A stretch of 32,000 nt of DNA, taken from the NCBI RefSeq assembly GCF_000350105.1, contig NZ_CAIY01000016.1, positions 16,609-48,608 of the forward strand, in the 5' to 3' direction. Below the pieces are notes generated by a model. It saw nothing but the letters and a program-made list of their open reading frames with translations. It was not told where the DNA came from and made no database searches. The position numbers were made by a program, and so were the translations under genes. Source of the DNA: Richelia intracellularis HH01. Lineage in GTDB: Bacteria; Cyanobacteriota; Cyanobacteriia; Cyanobacteriales; Nostocaceae. Shown piece after piece: positions 10,749 through 22,228 of this stretch (position 1 is the first letter of the stretch; each line of letters begins with the position of its first letter).

Positions 10749-11141
10749 CTATCCCTTAAAATTGTTTAGAGTTGAGTCTAATGGTTGACAAAAATTATTC
10801 CAACCCTTTTTAAAGGCATACATGAGAATTGGTGCTGCTAATAGTATTGGAAAACTAGAAATTTGCTCGAAGTACATCATAACTCCTTTTAAATTGCTAT
10901 TAAGTAAGTCTTCCCTGAACTCGCTTCGACAAATAACAGTGCGCCATTTTTTTGCTAAACTATATAACCACTCCGAATTTTCTGTACCTGGTTCCTGTCC
11001 AATACGAATAGATAGAGTCATAGTTGCATCTTCTAAATCTCCCTCACAATCCTCAATTAAATCAAGGGCTTCTAAGGCTTGGGGATAATCTGCTAATAGA
11101 GAGCGGAACTGTGCAATTTCTTGTGATGTAACAATATTCAT
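10749..11141 (-). CDS. Conserved-looking hypothetical protein
   Basis: 130-aa ORF with ordinary protein composition (e.g. FRSLLADYPQALEALDLIEDCEGDLEDATMTLSIRIG) inside a long AT-rich gap. The + strand ORF overlapping it looks like an antisense shadow. Confidence 0.7.
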   Translation of the reverse strand: MNIVTSQEIAQFRSLLADYPQALEALDLIEDCEGDLEDATMTLSIRIGQEPGTENSEWLYSLAKKWRTVICRSEFREDLLNSNLKGVMMYFEQISSFPILLAAPILMYAFKKGWNNFCQPLDSTLNNFKG

Positions 11142-12336
11142 AAAGTTTTATTCTAGTCAGTTATGTTTTACCTATTCAACTTTGCCATTTTATTAATTTG
11201 CTAATCTATTGACAACTGACTGTAATCTAAAAGATAATTTTATAAAAGTAGTTTATTATTGAATTGAGCACAAGTATGATTTGAATTTGTGATTGTTCAC
11301 TAGTATTCATTAATGTTCTCTTAACTAAGATAGCATAGTCACATTGGATATTACTAAAAACCTCTGATATAGAAAAATCTGATTAACTAAATATCTTTAT
11401 GTTATTAATTTAACCTGGTAATTCTAATTGGTACTAGATATTTTGATGTATAGTTCCTTTTCTTTGTGGTGAATTTTTTAAATTTCAGATTTCATAAGCA
11501 TCGTAAAGCTGATAAAATCCAGGGCTTTCAGTCGCTTATATACTTGCAATAGTCCCAAAACACCCCGTATAGAAAACGTAACTGAACTACTGAACATAGG
11601 GTTAAACACCTTACAGCAGGAATCATCAGAGAAATAAACAGTTAAGAGTTGATCTAAATCAACCTAAAAATTCTATAAGCTCGATCTCATATTAATGTTC
11701 ATTAAATCATTTCTGTTATTGTATTTTTTATTTCCCCAGTCTGAAGTCTTATCAGTATAATGATTACAATCATTACTTGTATTACCTTGATCATTATAAA
11801 GCTTTACAGTTATTATATGACTCGCTGCATGTTACTTCATTAAGTCTATAAGTAATTACTATATATCCCAAGAACACTTTAGACAACTTATACATAAATT
11901 TATTTACCAGAAACTCCCTTAAACTTAACTCGAAAATTAGGGGCAACATTTTGTCATTGAAAAAAGAAACTACAAATTTTGCTGATGAAAGCTCTTAATA
12001 GATGAATTTTGTAATAAGATACACTAAGTTTAAAATGCTTTAGCTAATTCAAGAAGATAAGAATAGAAGAGAACTAACCATCTTAAAATATAATTAACTT
12101 CAGGTTAAAATTTTGTCAGTGTAATGATTAATTCAGTTATATCCTTGAAATTTTTCTGAATAGATAGATAACATAGTCTCTGAAATACTAAGTAAATTTA
12201 TTATTCCCCAAAGAGAAAAAGCAAGGCCAAAAAACACTTTAAAAAAATAGTATTCACAATGCATTTCTTTAAGTGTTACTAATACAAATAGAATATAACC
12301 ATAAAACTCAAGCCAAAGTTTTAGTTTTAATACTTT

Positions 12337-13752
12337 TCAATTAATATTTGCCGATTCATATTTTTGTTCTGTTTCTTCTGTCAAGCCTAAAGCTGACTGA
12401 TACAGATTTAAATACTGCTTGGCTGAAGTATGCCAACTAAAATCTTGTTTCATACATCGTTTTTGTAAGGTTTTCCATTGGTCTTTGTAACGGAAACTTT
12501 CCCAAGCTCTTACCATACAGGTAAATAAATCTAAGGGTTCATATCTATCAAAACAGTAACCAGTACCTACCTGTCCCATAGGTTCGTGATGAGAGACTGT
12601 GTCTACTAGTCCCCCGGTGCGACGAACAATAGGTACACTCCCATAGCGCATGGCTATCATTTGACTAATACCACAAGGCTCAAAACGGCTAGGCATAAGG
12701 AAAACATCAGAACCCGCATATATGCGTCGGGATAGAATATCATTATAAAGCAAGTAAGTAGCTACACGTCCAGGGTAACGAGATGCCATTTGCCACATGT
12801 GACTTTCATAATAACGATCACCTGTGCCTAAAATAATAAATTGAGCATCTGTATATGCTATAAAGTTATCAAGGATTTGTAAAACTAAATCAATTCCTTT
12901 TTGTTCAACTAACCTTGTTACCATACCAATTAAGAAAGTATTGGAGTTAACTTCTAGCCCTACTTCTTCTTGTAAATAAATCTTATTGAATTTACGTTTC
13001 TCCAATGTTTCCGGAGTAAAATTCTGATAAATATACTGGTCATTAGCTGGATTATAAATATTTGCATCAATACCATTAAGAATGCCGGAGATTTTTCCAC
13101 TCATTAAAGATAAAAGGCATTCTAGTTTTTCACCATAACTAGCTGTTTGTATTTGAGCTGCATAAGTTGGAGAAACAGTATTAACTCTATCTGCATATTG
13201 TACCGCGACTGACATAGTATTATGTCCTTGCATATACCAAGGACACCAAGTAATTTGATTCAAATACCATCGCCAAGGACCTTGATATGCAAGATTATGG
13301 ATGGTAAATACAGTGTTAATATCTGGAGATTGATGCATCCATACTGGAATCATTCCTGTATGCCAATCATGACAGTGAATTATTTGTGGTTTCCAGTAAT
13401 TCCAACAGAATTCTGCTGCCCCATTGGCAAAAAATGTAAATCTCCAAGCCTCATCTGCTCCAGAATAAATGCGTCGGGGGTCAAAGACAGGATGTCCAAA
13501 TAAATACAAAGGCACACTAGTACCAGGTAGAACTGTTTCGTAAACAGCAAAATTCTGAAACATAGCGTATCCCCACCAAATAGGCTTCTTGGGAATTTCC
13601 ATTTTGTCTATGAGAAAGCCATAATAGGGCATGAAGATGCGTACATCATGACCCATTTTCCTGAGAATATCAGGTAGTGCCCCCACAAAGTCACCCAGAC
13701 CCCCAACTTTTGCAATAGGAACAGCCTCTGCTGCAACAAATAGAACCTGCAT
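12337..13752 (-). CDS. glgA: Glycogen synthase (ADP-glucose), GT5 family
   Basis: 471-aa ORF with [51 protein letters not shown] and [38 protein letters not shown]. Confidence 0.96.
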   Translation of the reverse strand: MQVLFVAAEAVPIAKVGGLGDFVGALPDILRKMGHDVRIFMPYYGFLIDKMEIPKKPIWWGYAMFQNFAVYETVLPGTSVPLYLFGHPVFDPRRIYSGADEAWRFTFFANGAAEFCWNYWKPQIIHCHDWHTGMIPVWMHQSPDINTVFTIHNLAYQGPWRWYLNQITWCPWYMQGHNTMSVAVQYADRVNTVSPTYAAQIQTASYGEKLECLLSLMSGKISGILNGIDANIYNPANDQYIYQNFTPETLEKRKFNKIYLQEEVGLEVNSNTFLIGMVTRLVEQKGIDLVLQILDNFIAYTDAQFIILGTGDRYYESHMWQMASRYPGRVATYLLYNDILSRRIYAGSDVFLMPSRFEPCGISQMIAMRYGSVPIVRRTGGLVDTVSHHEPMGQVGTGYCFDRYEPLDLFTCMVRAWESFRYKDQWKTLQKRCMKQDFSWHTSAKQYLNLYQSALGLTEETEQKYESANIN

Positions 13753-13830
13753 GATAACTTGTTTTTCCTAATTATCCCTATATGTTTGATCTAAATTTGC
13801 ACCCGCGGCTTTTGCAGTTGGTACGTTTAT

Positions 13831-13879
13831 AAGTTAAATTTCTCTAATTTCATGGCATGAAATTAGAGAAATTTAACTT
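13831..13879. repeat. 49-bp perfect inverted repeat (24-bp arms, 1-nt centre) between hemC and glgA
   Basis: AAGTTAAATTTCTCTAATTTCATG (13831-13854), G (13855), CATGAAATTAGAGAAATTTAACTT (13856-13879). Confidence 0.95.
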
Positions 13880-13963
13880 CTACTTACTAATAATGAGCCA
13901 ATATGCATAATGCGACCCTGATATTTCTACTGGCAATTTTTGGATGTCAGGCTAATAGAAACT

Positions 13964-14926
13964 TCACCTTGATCCGGCTAATATTTCATCCAAAATTTCT
14001 TGCCCCCCCTTTTGGCTTAGACTTTCAGCTAAAAGAAAACCTAATTGCTCAGCATCTTCTATAGTACCGATGATAGTATCTTTTACTAACCTTTTTCCAT
14101 CTATACTGGCAACTACACCCATTAATGTCAATCTATCATCAATAATTCTAGTACTTACACCAATAGGAACTTGACAACCACCTTCCAAGGTTCGAAGGAG
14201 TGCCCGTTCTGCTAAACAGCAATCGCGGGTTTCAGGGTGCTCAATAACTTTTAGGAGAGAAATTAGCTCTGCATCATCAGCACGACACTCAATTCCTAAA
14301 GCTCCTTGTCCAACAGCATGTAGGGAGATATCATTGGGAATGACTTGATGAATACGATCCCTCATACCCAGTCTCTTCAAGCCCGCTACCGCAAGAATTA
14401 AAGCATCATATTCACCAGTATCCAACTTTGCTATACGAGTGTTCAAATTACCTCTTACATCCTTAAAGTTAAAGTGGGGATACTTATTACGTAGTTGAGC
14501 CAACCTCCTTAGTGAAGATGTGCCGATGATAGCATCAATGGGTAAGGTATCAATCTGTAGCTTATTATACTTAGTATTTACAACCAAGGCGTCCGCGGGA
14601 TTTTCTCTTTCAGTAATTGAGGCTAGGACCAAACCTTCTGGCAAATTAGTTGGAAGATCCTTCAGGGAATGAACTGCAAAATCAATCTCATGATTTATCA
14701 TCCCTAGTTCCAATTCTTTGGTAAAGAGCCCTTTATCTCCTATTTTAGCCAAGGCAACATCCAAGATCTTATCACCTTGAGTAGATATGGCACAGACTTC
14801 AAAATTGATATCAGGAAAGGATTTCTGGAGTTCTTCTCTTACCCAATATGTTTGAACCAGAGCTAACTGGCTTTTACGAGAACCAATACGAATAGTACGT
14901 TTAGAACAGGAAACAAGAGATGTCAT
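13964..14926 (-). CDS. hemC: Hydroxymethylbilane synthase (porphobilinogen deaminase)
   Basis: 320-aa ORF with [55 protein letters not shown] and [11 protein letters not shown]. Confidence 0.97.
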   Translation of the reverse strand: MTSLVSCSKRTIRIGSRKSQLALVQTYWVREELQKSFPDINFEVCAISTQGDKILDVALAKIGDKGLFTKELELGMINHEIDFAVHSLKDLPTNLPEGLVLASITERENPADALVVNTKYNKLQIDTLPIDAIIGTSSLRRLAQLRNKYPHFNFKDVRGNLNTRIAKLDTGEYDALILAVAGLKRLGMRDRIHQVIPNDISLHAVGQGALGIECRADDAELISLLKVIEHPETRDCCLAERALLRTLEGGCQVPIGVSTRIIDDRLTLMGVVASIDGKRLVKDTIIGTIEDAEQLGFLLAESLSQKGGQEILDEILAGSR

Positions 14927-16441
14927 AAACTAAATACTTAGAGTCAGGAGTCAAATTCACTCTCATCTAGACTACCGCAGCGGGTGACAGATTCAGCTAT
15001 CAGTATATTACTTATTGTTTATTTACTTTATTCTCCACCAATAATGATATAAATGGTGTGATTAACATTATTGGATCATATGCTGCAAATCAGCTAAATT
15101 ATATGTTTAGTAAAATGTGAATTATGAGATGAAAGCAAGCATCTAATATGATAATTCTCTTGGGAACATTTTTACTTTTATGATTGGCTTATTTACTGAT
15201 GCTAGTATCACCTTTATATTTGACATGGCTGATTTAAAAAAATAATAAATATTAACTGAAGAAAATTACTGATCTTCAATCTATTTATAAATTATCAAAA
15301 AATATATAAAACATTTTTTGCTTCATAAAACATGTGTAAAGGTTATAATTTCCTATATAAAAAATAGTAAAATACTACTTAATTAACAATTATCTATGCA
15401 AAAGAATATCCCTTGATAATGTGTGTTCATCATAAGTACAAATCCGAATTTTATAAGTTTAATTGACCAGAATATGATGTCCATAAGTACTTACTTTTTC
15501 ATCTAAACTTATTATTCTATAGTCACTATACATAGTATAAGCAAGCTTGTATAAAAGTTACTTCTCTTTATAAAAGAAATAAAAAAGATCACTTGTATTG
15601 GCTACCATTCTAACAATTAGGTTACCCCATAATATATTAGATATATTTTCATATATAACATTCTTAAAAAGATAGTAATTTAAAATTTTAGGAATCCTAA
15701 GCTATCTAATTAGCTCAGCAAGTATGGTGAATAAAAAGTAGATAAATAATAAAAAATTGGAAAATATGAAATCAATTGAGTATAAATTGGATAATAACTT
15801 CGAATATCATATGAATTTAGAGTATGATCTAAATCAGGCTCAGATTTACTTTTGGAGTTTAAATCAATTGAATCGAAAGTAATTAAATATTGCAGTTCAT
15901 TGCTGTTGAGGTTTATTTGATTTTTCATCATAGGTTATTAGCAAACTCGAGCGAATGACTAAAAAGCTTTCCGAGCATATAATTTAATTCTATTAAGTAT
16001 TCAAAGTAGTAATCTGACAAGTCTGTGTAAACCTTATATAGGGGTATTTTTAAATAATCCAATTTGGTGTAGTAACTTTTATTCAATTAAGGTTTGAAAA
16101 AAATTGAATTTGTCTAGATTCCAAAACCAAAATAATCTTACTTATTTAACTTATTTACAAGGTATTCTAATTTCCACTATCTTCTATAAGTAGGAAGTCG
16201 GAAGATAAGTTTTACTGTCTCAATTCTTCTACCTCAGTATATAAAATTGTGTTCCCGGCTCACTAAACATTAACTTTGAACTTGTAAACATCAGATTTGG
16301 CCTTAGGAATCAAATTGATAAATAGTTTAAATGGTATATATATTTATTCCACTCGAGTAAACTTTGATCATGTAGTCCAGACATCATAATACTTAAAATC
16401 AAAACTAGCTATTTAACCTCTAACTATAATTATTCAACTTC

Positions 16442-17743
16442 TTAAGCATTTCTTTTTCTTATTGCCGATGAATTTGAATTGTTACAAATACCATAATATA
16501 GAGCTGCTTGAGAATTAGTAAAATTAATTAGTGACTCATCACCAAGATTTAAAATAGTAAGAGGCTTACTTGGAATCACACCCAAAGCATGAATAACTTC
16601 ACTGGCAATTTTCCTTGCTAGTAAGGGTGGCACTGAGTTACCTACTTGACGAAAACCATGCCATTTTGTCACATGAAAGCGAAACCAATCAGGATAGGAG
16701 TGTAAACGTGCTGCTTCCCGTACGGTGATACATCTGGGAGTAGATGGATGAATTGGACGAGGGGCAGTAAAAGAACCTCTAGAACTGGGGGTACCAGCTC
16801 TAAGGGTATTACAAAGGCCATCTTTTTCCAGTTTATAAAAGCGACTAATTGCTTCATTTTCACCTGCTGCAGTTGCCTCAAATCTATTTATAGATTCAAT
16901 ACCATGGCGAGTACGAACACTAGATGTTAATTTATATAAATCAAATATACGTTCATAGCCATAATTATATTTGTCAGTTTGGGGATAGTGCAACTTGTAA
17001 CTATAGTCACTGAATCTACCATATTCTACAGTTGCCCAATCTTGTTCTAGTAGTTCAGGAATCAATTCTACCTCTGGTAAATCACCAATTGCATCCCATA
17101 CTACTGGTGTGTAGGGTAAATCATCTTCCCGAAAGAGTAAATGTTTTGTCTTCTGCCACTTAGCTGGTTTGGTTTGAGGTTGGGGATATTGAGGTAGAGA
17201 TAGATCTTGAAGACACCCCAATAGAAATAATCTGCTTCTATTTTGGGGAACTCCATAATTAGCAGCATTTAATACCTGATAATGCTCTTGTATTTGATAG
17301 CCAGATTCCCGGAACTTGTCCATCATTTCCACCAGGAAATGACGATGTTTCCCCATTATTAATCCAGGTACATTTTCCAACACGAAATATTTAGGTTTCA
17401 GATTAGTTACTACTCGCCAAAAGTGAAATAACAAACTATTATATGGATCTGTAAACGCACGCTTACCAATCAAGGAAAACCCTTGGCAAGGAGAACCACC
17501 AAATACTACGTCAATTGTGTAGTTACTAATTTGAGAAAAATCCCTAATTTCTCCACCATTTAATTCTTCAATACTTTTACATAAGACTGAACTAGATGGG
17601 AAATTAAACTGGTAAACTGCACAATGAATTGGGTCTAACTCTACAGCAGCAAGTACATCAAAACCAGCTTGTTCAAAACCAAGTGACATACCACCGGCAC
17701 CTGCAAAAAGATCTACAGCAATAGGTCTTTGTTTGCTATGCAT
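16442..17743 (-). CDS. C5-cytosine DNA methyltransferase, apparently solitary
   Basis: 433-aa ORF with motif I VDLFAGAGGMSLGFEQAGF, catalytic GGSPCQGFS, motif VI ENVPG, motif VIII QNRSRLFLLG, and C-terminal REAARLHSYPDWF...GFRQVGNSVPPLLA. Confidence 0.95.
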   Translation of the reverse strand: MHSKQRPIAVDLFAGAGGMSLGFEQAGFDVLAAVELDPIHCAVYQFNFPSSSVLCKSIEELNGGEIRDFSQISNYTIDVVFGGSPCQGFSLIGKRAFTDPYNSLLFHFWRVVTNLKPKYFVLENVPGLIMGKHRHFLVEMMDKFRESGYQIQEHYQVLNAANYGVPQNRSRLFLLGCLQDLSLPQYPQPQTKPAKWQKTKHLLFREDDLPYTPVVWDAIGDLPEVELIPELLEQDWATVEYGRFSDYSYKLHYPQTDKYNYGYERIFDLYKLTSSVRTRHGIESINRFEATAAGENEAISRFYKLEKDGLCNTLRAGTPSSRGSFTAPRPIHPSTPRCITVREAARLHSYPDWFRFHVTKWHGFRQVGNSVPPLLARKIASEVIHALGVIPSKPLTILNLGDESLINFTNSQAALYYGICNNSNSSAIRKRNA

Positions 17744-17819
17744 TTAGTTTTAAATTATTATTAATTCTGATTATGTGGAATAAACAAATACAGGAATAGA
17801 AAATAGACCACCCTGTTAA

Positions 17820-17841
17820 TTTAGAGTCTTTAGACTCTAAA
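17820..17841. repeat. Small hairpin about 80 bp upstream of the methyltransferase start
   Basis: TTTAGAGTC (17820-17828), TTTA, GACTCTAAA (17833-17841). Perfect 9-bp arms. Confidence 0.7.
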
Positions 17842-18484
17842 ATTTTCATGTGAAAAGGACTAATAAAAAATGTCCATTCAATATTTTTTATTTGAATATC
17901 TAACATGTCTCTTATATATATTCTTCTATTTTGATTAGATAATATCTTAAGGAGAGAACTAAGACTAATTAAAATTTCCTGTACACTATAGCCTAATGCA
18001 AGAATCTAGGCATCTTATAAATTTAAAAGTAAGTGATATACTCAACAATATACCATATCTATATGAGAGAGCCTAATCTTAAAATCAAACGATAAAATAT
18101 TTCAACTATTAGAACATAGAAAAGCTGGTATATGTTATTTTTTCTGAAAAATTATAAAATATGGATTGGCTGACCAGTATTTTAATAAAACTATACAAAG
18201 AAATATATAAGCTCAAAATAAGCAGGAATTTAAATGGTTAAATTTAGTGAAAATATTATCAACAGAAAAAATATAACTTAAAGAAAAAACTACAATTGTT
18301 TCTGCTAGAAGGAATGAGCTTGAGTAGTACGATAAACGCCAAAATCCTTATGAAAGAAGCCTTAGATTGTATGCTGCAGCTGCAATAGATACCAACTCTG
18401 ATGATTTGGCATATATTTATAATATCAATCTAAAAACAATCTAATTGCTCATTTAAAGATAAATAACTTCAATTATGACTATTT

Positions 18485-18502
18485 TATGTAAAATTTTACA
18501 TA
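18485..18502. repeat. 18-bp perfect palindrome
   Basis: TATGTAAAATTTTACATA. Confidence 0.7.
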
Positions 18503-18597
18503 TGTACATGTTTAGGGGGTTTAACCTTACACTTGCGCATGTAATTGTGTTTTAGGAATTTACTTTAAGAATTTATGTTGTAGTGTTTCTTTTAGTA

Positions 18598-18669
18598 CTG
18601 GGGTGCTAGGATTCGAACCTAGGAATGGCGGGACCAAAACCCGCTGCCTTACCACTTGGCTACACCCCA
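18598..18669 (-). tRNA. tRNA-Gln (anticodon TTG)
   Basis: The minus strand folds as a 72-nt cloverleaf: TGGGGTG TA GCC AAGTGGTAA GGC A GCGGG TTTTGGT CCCGC CATTC CTAGG TTCGAAT CCTAG CACCCCA G. Confidence 0.96.
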
Positions 18670-18809
18670 AAGATAATAAATAATTATAGCAGGACTAAAA
18701 CGAATATGTCTAGTACTGTAAGAATTTTTCTATAATGTAATATTCATTGCTAGATTTTGGATAATAGTAAATGGTTGTTATTTTATTTGCTAACCAATAA
18801 TATAGCTTT

Positions 18810-18841
18810 AGCTTTATTGCAATGATAATAGCAATAAAGCT
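18810..18841. repeat. Inverted repeat, 11-bp arms, 10-nt loop
   Basis: AGCTTTATTGC (18810-18820) and GCAATAAAGCT (18831-18841). Confidence 0.7.
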
Positions 18842-20737
18842 TGGAAATAAGTCCCGGAGGATTTACCCATCAATATTAATAGGTTATACATTTATAGACT
18901 CAGGAGATATTCATAAACCAAAACTCACATAATTAAATATCTGCCCACTTAATACCAATAATGAGTCGTATTTTATTTTGTATCTAAGCTTAAACACTGC
19001 CAAGTACGGAGTTCGCTTGGAGCTTATTTGATACACTTGAATTAAGTAAGATATGTATAAGTTAATTATCTTAGTAATTAATTTATAAAGGAATTTAGGA
19101 TATTCTTACAGTTAATTGAATTTAGTTTTAACATCAAAACTACAAGGTGTTTAGGAATTTACTCTAAGATATGAAACGATATCTAGTTAAAGGGTAATCA
19201 TAAATAAGTTAGTTTGACAGCCCAGAAAAGTAGACTTGCATTAACTGCTAAAAGCTATTTGTTATTGGGATATTAAGTGTAGGTGTATTTTACGTACAAG
19301 AATAACTGTAAATATAGAAATTTATAAACTATATACATTTAGTTAAATCTATCTTGATGCACATCATTACAAAGATACTGCTATAAATTTTAACCTCTCC
19401 ATCGTTTTTCTTGAGTTGGGTTATAATAAAAAACTACGTTAATTATAAAACTTAAAAACAGAAAAGGGTAAAAATTTATTATTGGTATAACTTATAATAT
19501 TCTCTATCCTCATTACATTCCACACCAAATGTATGAGTTAAAGGCCTAAGGTCTGTATTTAGTATTGTAAAGCTAATTAAGTTGGATTTGATTAGAAAGC
19601 TAATACTCCCCACAAGAGAAGGACTTAATCTTTGTAAACTAGAATCAAGGTATTCAGCTTTAAGATAAAGTATTTTACTGTGCATAAAGTTCAATATTAA
19701 CATGAGAAAAATGAGTAAAGTAAGCCTAATAATCCTCTTGATTTGAGGGTTATATGTGCCAAAATGAAATTCAACTCAAGTTTTTAATCGCAGTGAAGTC
19801 ACAGCTCGATGTAAATCAATTATTTTTTCAGCATGGGGTAGTTGCCTTACTATATATGGACCCTAGTGGATTAGACCATAAGTTTAAATCTACCACCATA
19901 GATTCCTGATTGACTATTGCTACTATGTACTAGTGGTAACGTGCACACAAATATAAATGACCGTAAACTTATGATCTCATAAAAAACCATACTACCCTTT
20001 TATTTTTTATTGAGTGAATATACACTTGAGAACCGAACGTTAAGTAGTTTGATATTTTGTGTGTAATTGTTCCTCTTGGTTATCATAGCTCCTTGATATA
20101 TTGGGTATTTTCTAACGAATATTTATTATGTATTAAAAGTTACGTCAAACTCTTTTTCATGCGGAGGTCTAAATTTGGATTACTGTACATATAAATAAGA
20201 GTAGCCTCAATTATCTCAAATATTTTCTGGGTATGATACTTATTGGCTATTTTTTTAATGATTAGTATCATTAGAGTTTTATCAATTTAATATAGCTATG
20301 ACTAGAGGAATTAGTAGGATATATTATTCTTTATTTTATTTCTTTTATACGTATTACTATTGGCAAATTTGCTTATAGTTTCTTGTATTAACTTTATCAA
20401 AAGCTGCTTATCTTAAGATAAATAAGAAATTCAAAATTAAGTTTAGCAACTTATTTAATTTTAAGATAATGCAATACTATATATAATCTTAAGCATAAAA
20501 TATTCTGACCAAACCAGCAACAGATATATTCTATAAAAAAACCATAATTTATAATATAAATATTATATCAAGTTGATAATTAGTTATATTTTCTCACTTT
20601 CTATCAATAGATTCTTACAATAAAACTAGAGCTTCTCTAAATATTATATTGTTTATTACTACCTTGAGTAAATGATGATTACCTACGCCTAGAAACTAAT
20701 TATAAATATAGAAATAAACAAATACCTCAAGTAACGT

Positions 20738-20780
20738 AGAAATTACTTAATCAGAGAAATACTCTGATTAAGTAATTTCT
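20738..20780. repeat. Perfect inverted repeat, 19-bp arms, 5-nt loop
   Basis: AGAAATTACTTAATCAGAG (20738-20756), AAATA, CTCTGATTAAGTAATTTCT (20762-20780). About 245 bp beyond the pheS stop. Confidence 0.92.
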
Positions 20781-21025
20781 CTTTCTCTTATCTTATTTTA
20801 TAAATTAAAACTAAATCAGTGTAGTGCTGCTTAGAATATACATTAATAGACATTTCTATAAACTTCGTTGGAAATTATGATCTAAAACTTTTCGATTTTT
20901 AAGAAAACAAAAACAGTTCAATGCAGATATCATAATAATGAACTGTTACAATCAGGTGAATATATGAGAAAAGGGAAGGTTAACTGCAAGCCCTAAACCA
21001 AAAAGTTCTGACTATGGAAGTATAT

Positions 21026-22027
21026 CTAAAATTGCTTTAAGAATCTCAAATCACTAGCATAAACTCGGCGAATATCATCTAATTGGTGTAATACCATGGC
21101 AAAACGTTCTATCCCGAAACCAGCTGCAAATCCTGTATAAATATCCTGATCATAGCCTACAGCTTTTAACATATTTGGATGAACCATACCACAACCCATA
21201 ACCTCTAACCAACGGCCATTCCACTGCAAATCGACTTCGGCAGATGGTTCTGTAAAGGGAAAATAACTGGCGCGGAAACGAATGGGTAAATCTCCAAATA
21301 TCGCTTGTAAAAATACTTTGATCGTACCTTTAAGATCACCGAAGGTTAGCCCTTCATCTATAGCCAGAAGCTCTAACTGGTGGAAAACCACGGCATGAGT
21401 AGAGTCAATATTATCTCTTCTATAAACTCTTCCTGGAGCCACAACTCGAATTGGAGGTTCTTCAGTCTCCATATACCGAATTTGAACTGACGATGTATGT
21501 GTCCTCAGCAAGTTCCCATCAGGTAAGTAGAAAGTATCTTGCATGTCACGGGCAGGATGATCTAAAGGTGTATTAAGAGCTTCAAAATTATAGTAGTCCG
21601 TTTCTATTTCTGGACCAGAAGCTACTGTATAGCCCATACCTATAAAAATATCTAAAGCCCTATCTATCATCCCATTAATAGGATGAATTTTTCCTTGGGG
21701 ACGAAAAATACCTGGCATAGTGACATCCAGGGTTTCCGATTCTATTTGTGCTTTTATTTTGTTTGTTTCTAAGGTTTGACGTTGCCTATCTATAAAAGCC
21801 TGCAGAGTTTCTTTAGCTAAATTAGCAATGGACCCAATTTTTGGTCTTTCTTCTGCACTCAATTGCCCCATGCTACGCAACACACCAGCCATTTTACCCT
21901 TTTTGCCTAAATAGTTAATTCGCAGTTCTTCTAAGCTTTCTAGAGTATTGGCAGAGGAGATTGCTTTTTCTCCTTCTTGCTGCAGTGTTAAAATTTGAGC
22001 CTCCAAGCTGTTGGGTAGATTCATCAT
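21026..22027 (-). CDS. pheS: Phenylalanine--tRNA ligase alpha subunit
   Basis: 333-aa ORF with [65 protein letters not shown] and [18 protein letters not shown]. Confidence 0.97.
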   Translation of the reverse strand: MMNLPNSLEAQILTLQQEGEKAISSANTLESLEELRINYLGKKGKMAGVLRSMGQLSAEERPKIGSIANLAKETLQAFIDRQRQTLETNKIKAQIESETLDVTMPGIFRPQGKIHPINGMIDRALDIFIGMGYTVASGPEIETDYYNFEALNTPLDHPARDMQDTFYLPDGNLLRTHTSSVQIRYMETEEPPIRVVAPGRVYRRDNIDSTHAVVFHQLELLAIDEGLTFGDLKGTIKVFLQAIFGDLPIRFRASYFPFTEPSAEVDLQWNGRWLEVMGCGMVHPNMLKAVGYDQDIYTGFAAGFGIERFAMVLHQLDDIRRVYASDLRFLKQF

Positions 22028-22228
22028 TACAGTTACGAGTAATTTTACTTATCAATAAAAAGAAAGATGGAAAAAAGGTCTTTCCTAACAGTCTAGAATC
22101 TAAAACAATGTAAGTGAACTTTTTTTAATCACCATTACTATAGGAAGATAAATAGAATACCGCGAAGAATGTTTTAATAAGTTATGTGAAGGCTAAAATT
22201 TTTTATAATTTATTTTGATGGCTAACAG

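Noticed and set aside
10822-11088. 88-aa + ORF overlapping the 130-aa minus ORF
   Set aside because: Composition (multiple RQITVRHFF/SKSPSQSSIKSRASKA runs) looks like an antisense shadow, and the minus ORF is the more protein-like.
13222-13503. 93-aa + ORF inside glgA
   Set aside because: Antisense to a well-supported gene.
15710-15931. 73-aa minus ORF
   Set aside because: Low-complexity N/S/Y-rich product in AT-rich DNA, and no recognisable motif. Possibly random or decayed.
16669-16930. Small minus and plus ORFs inside the methyltransferase
   Set aside because: Alternative frames of a well-supported gene.
19479-19703. 74-aa minus ORF
   Set aside because: No motif or convincing codon usage. 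It lies in a long degraded gap.
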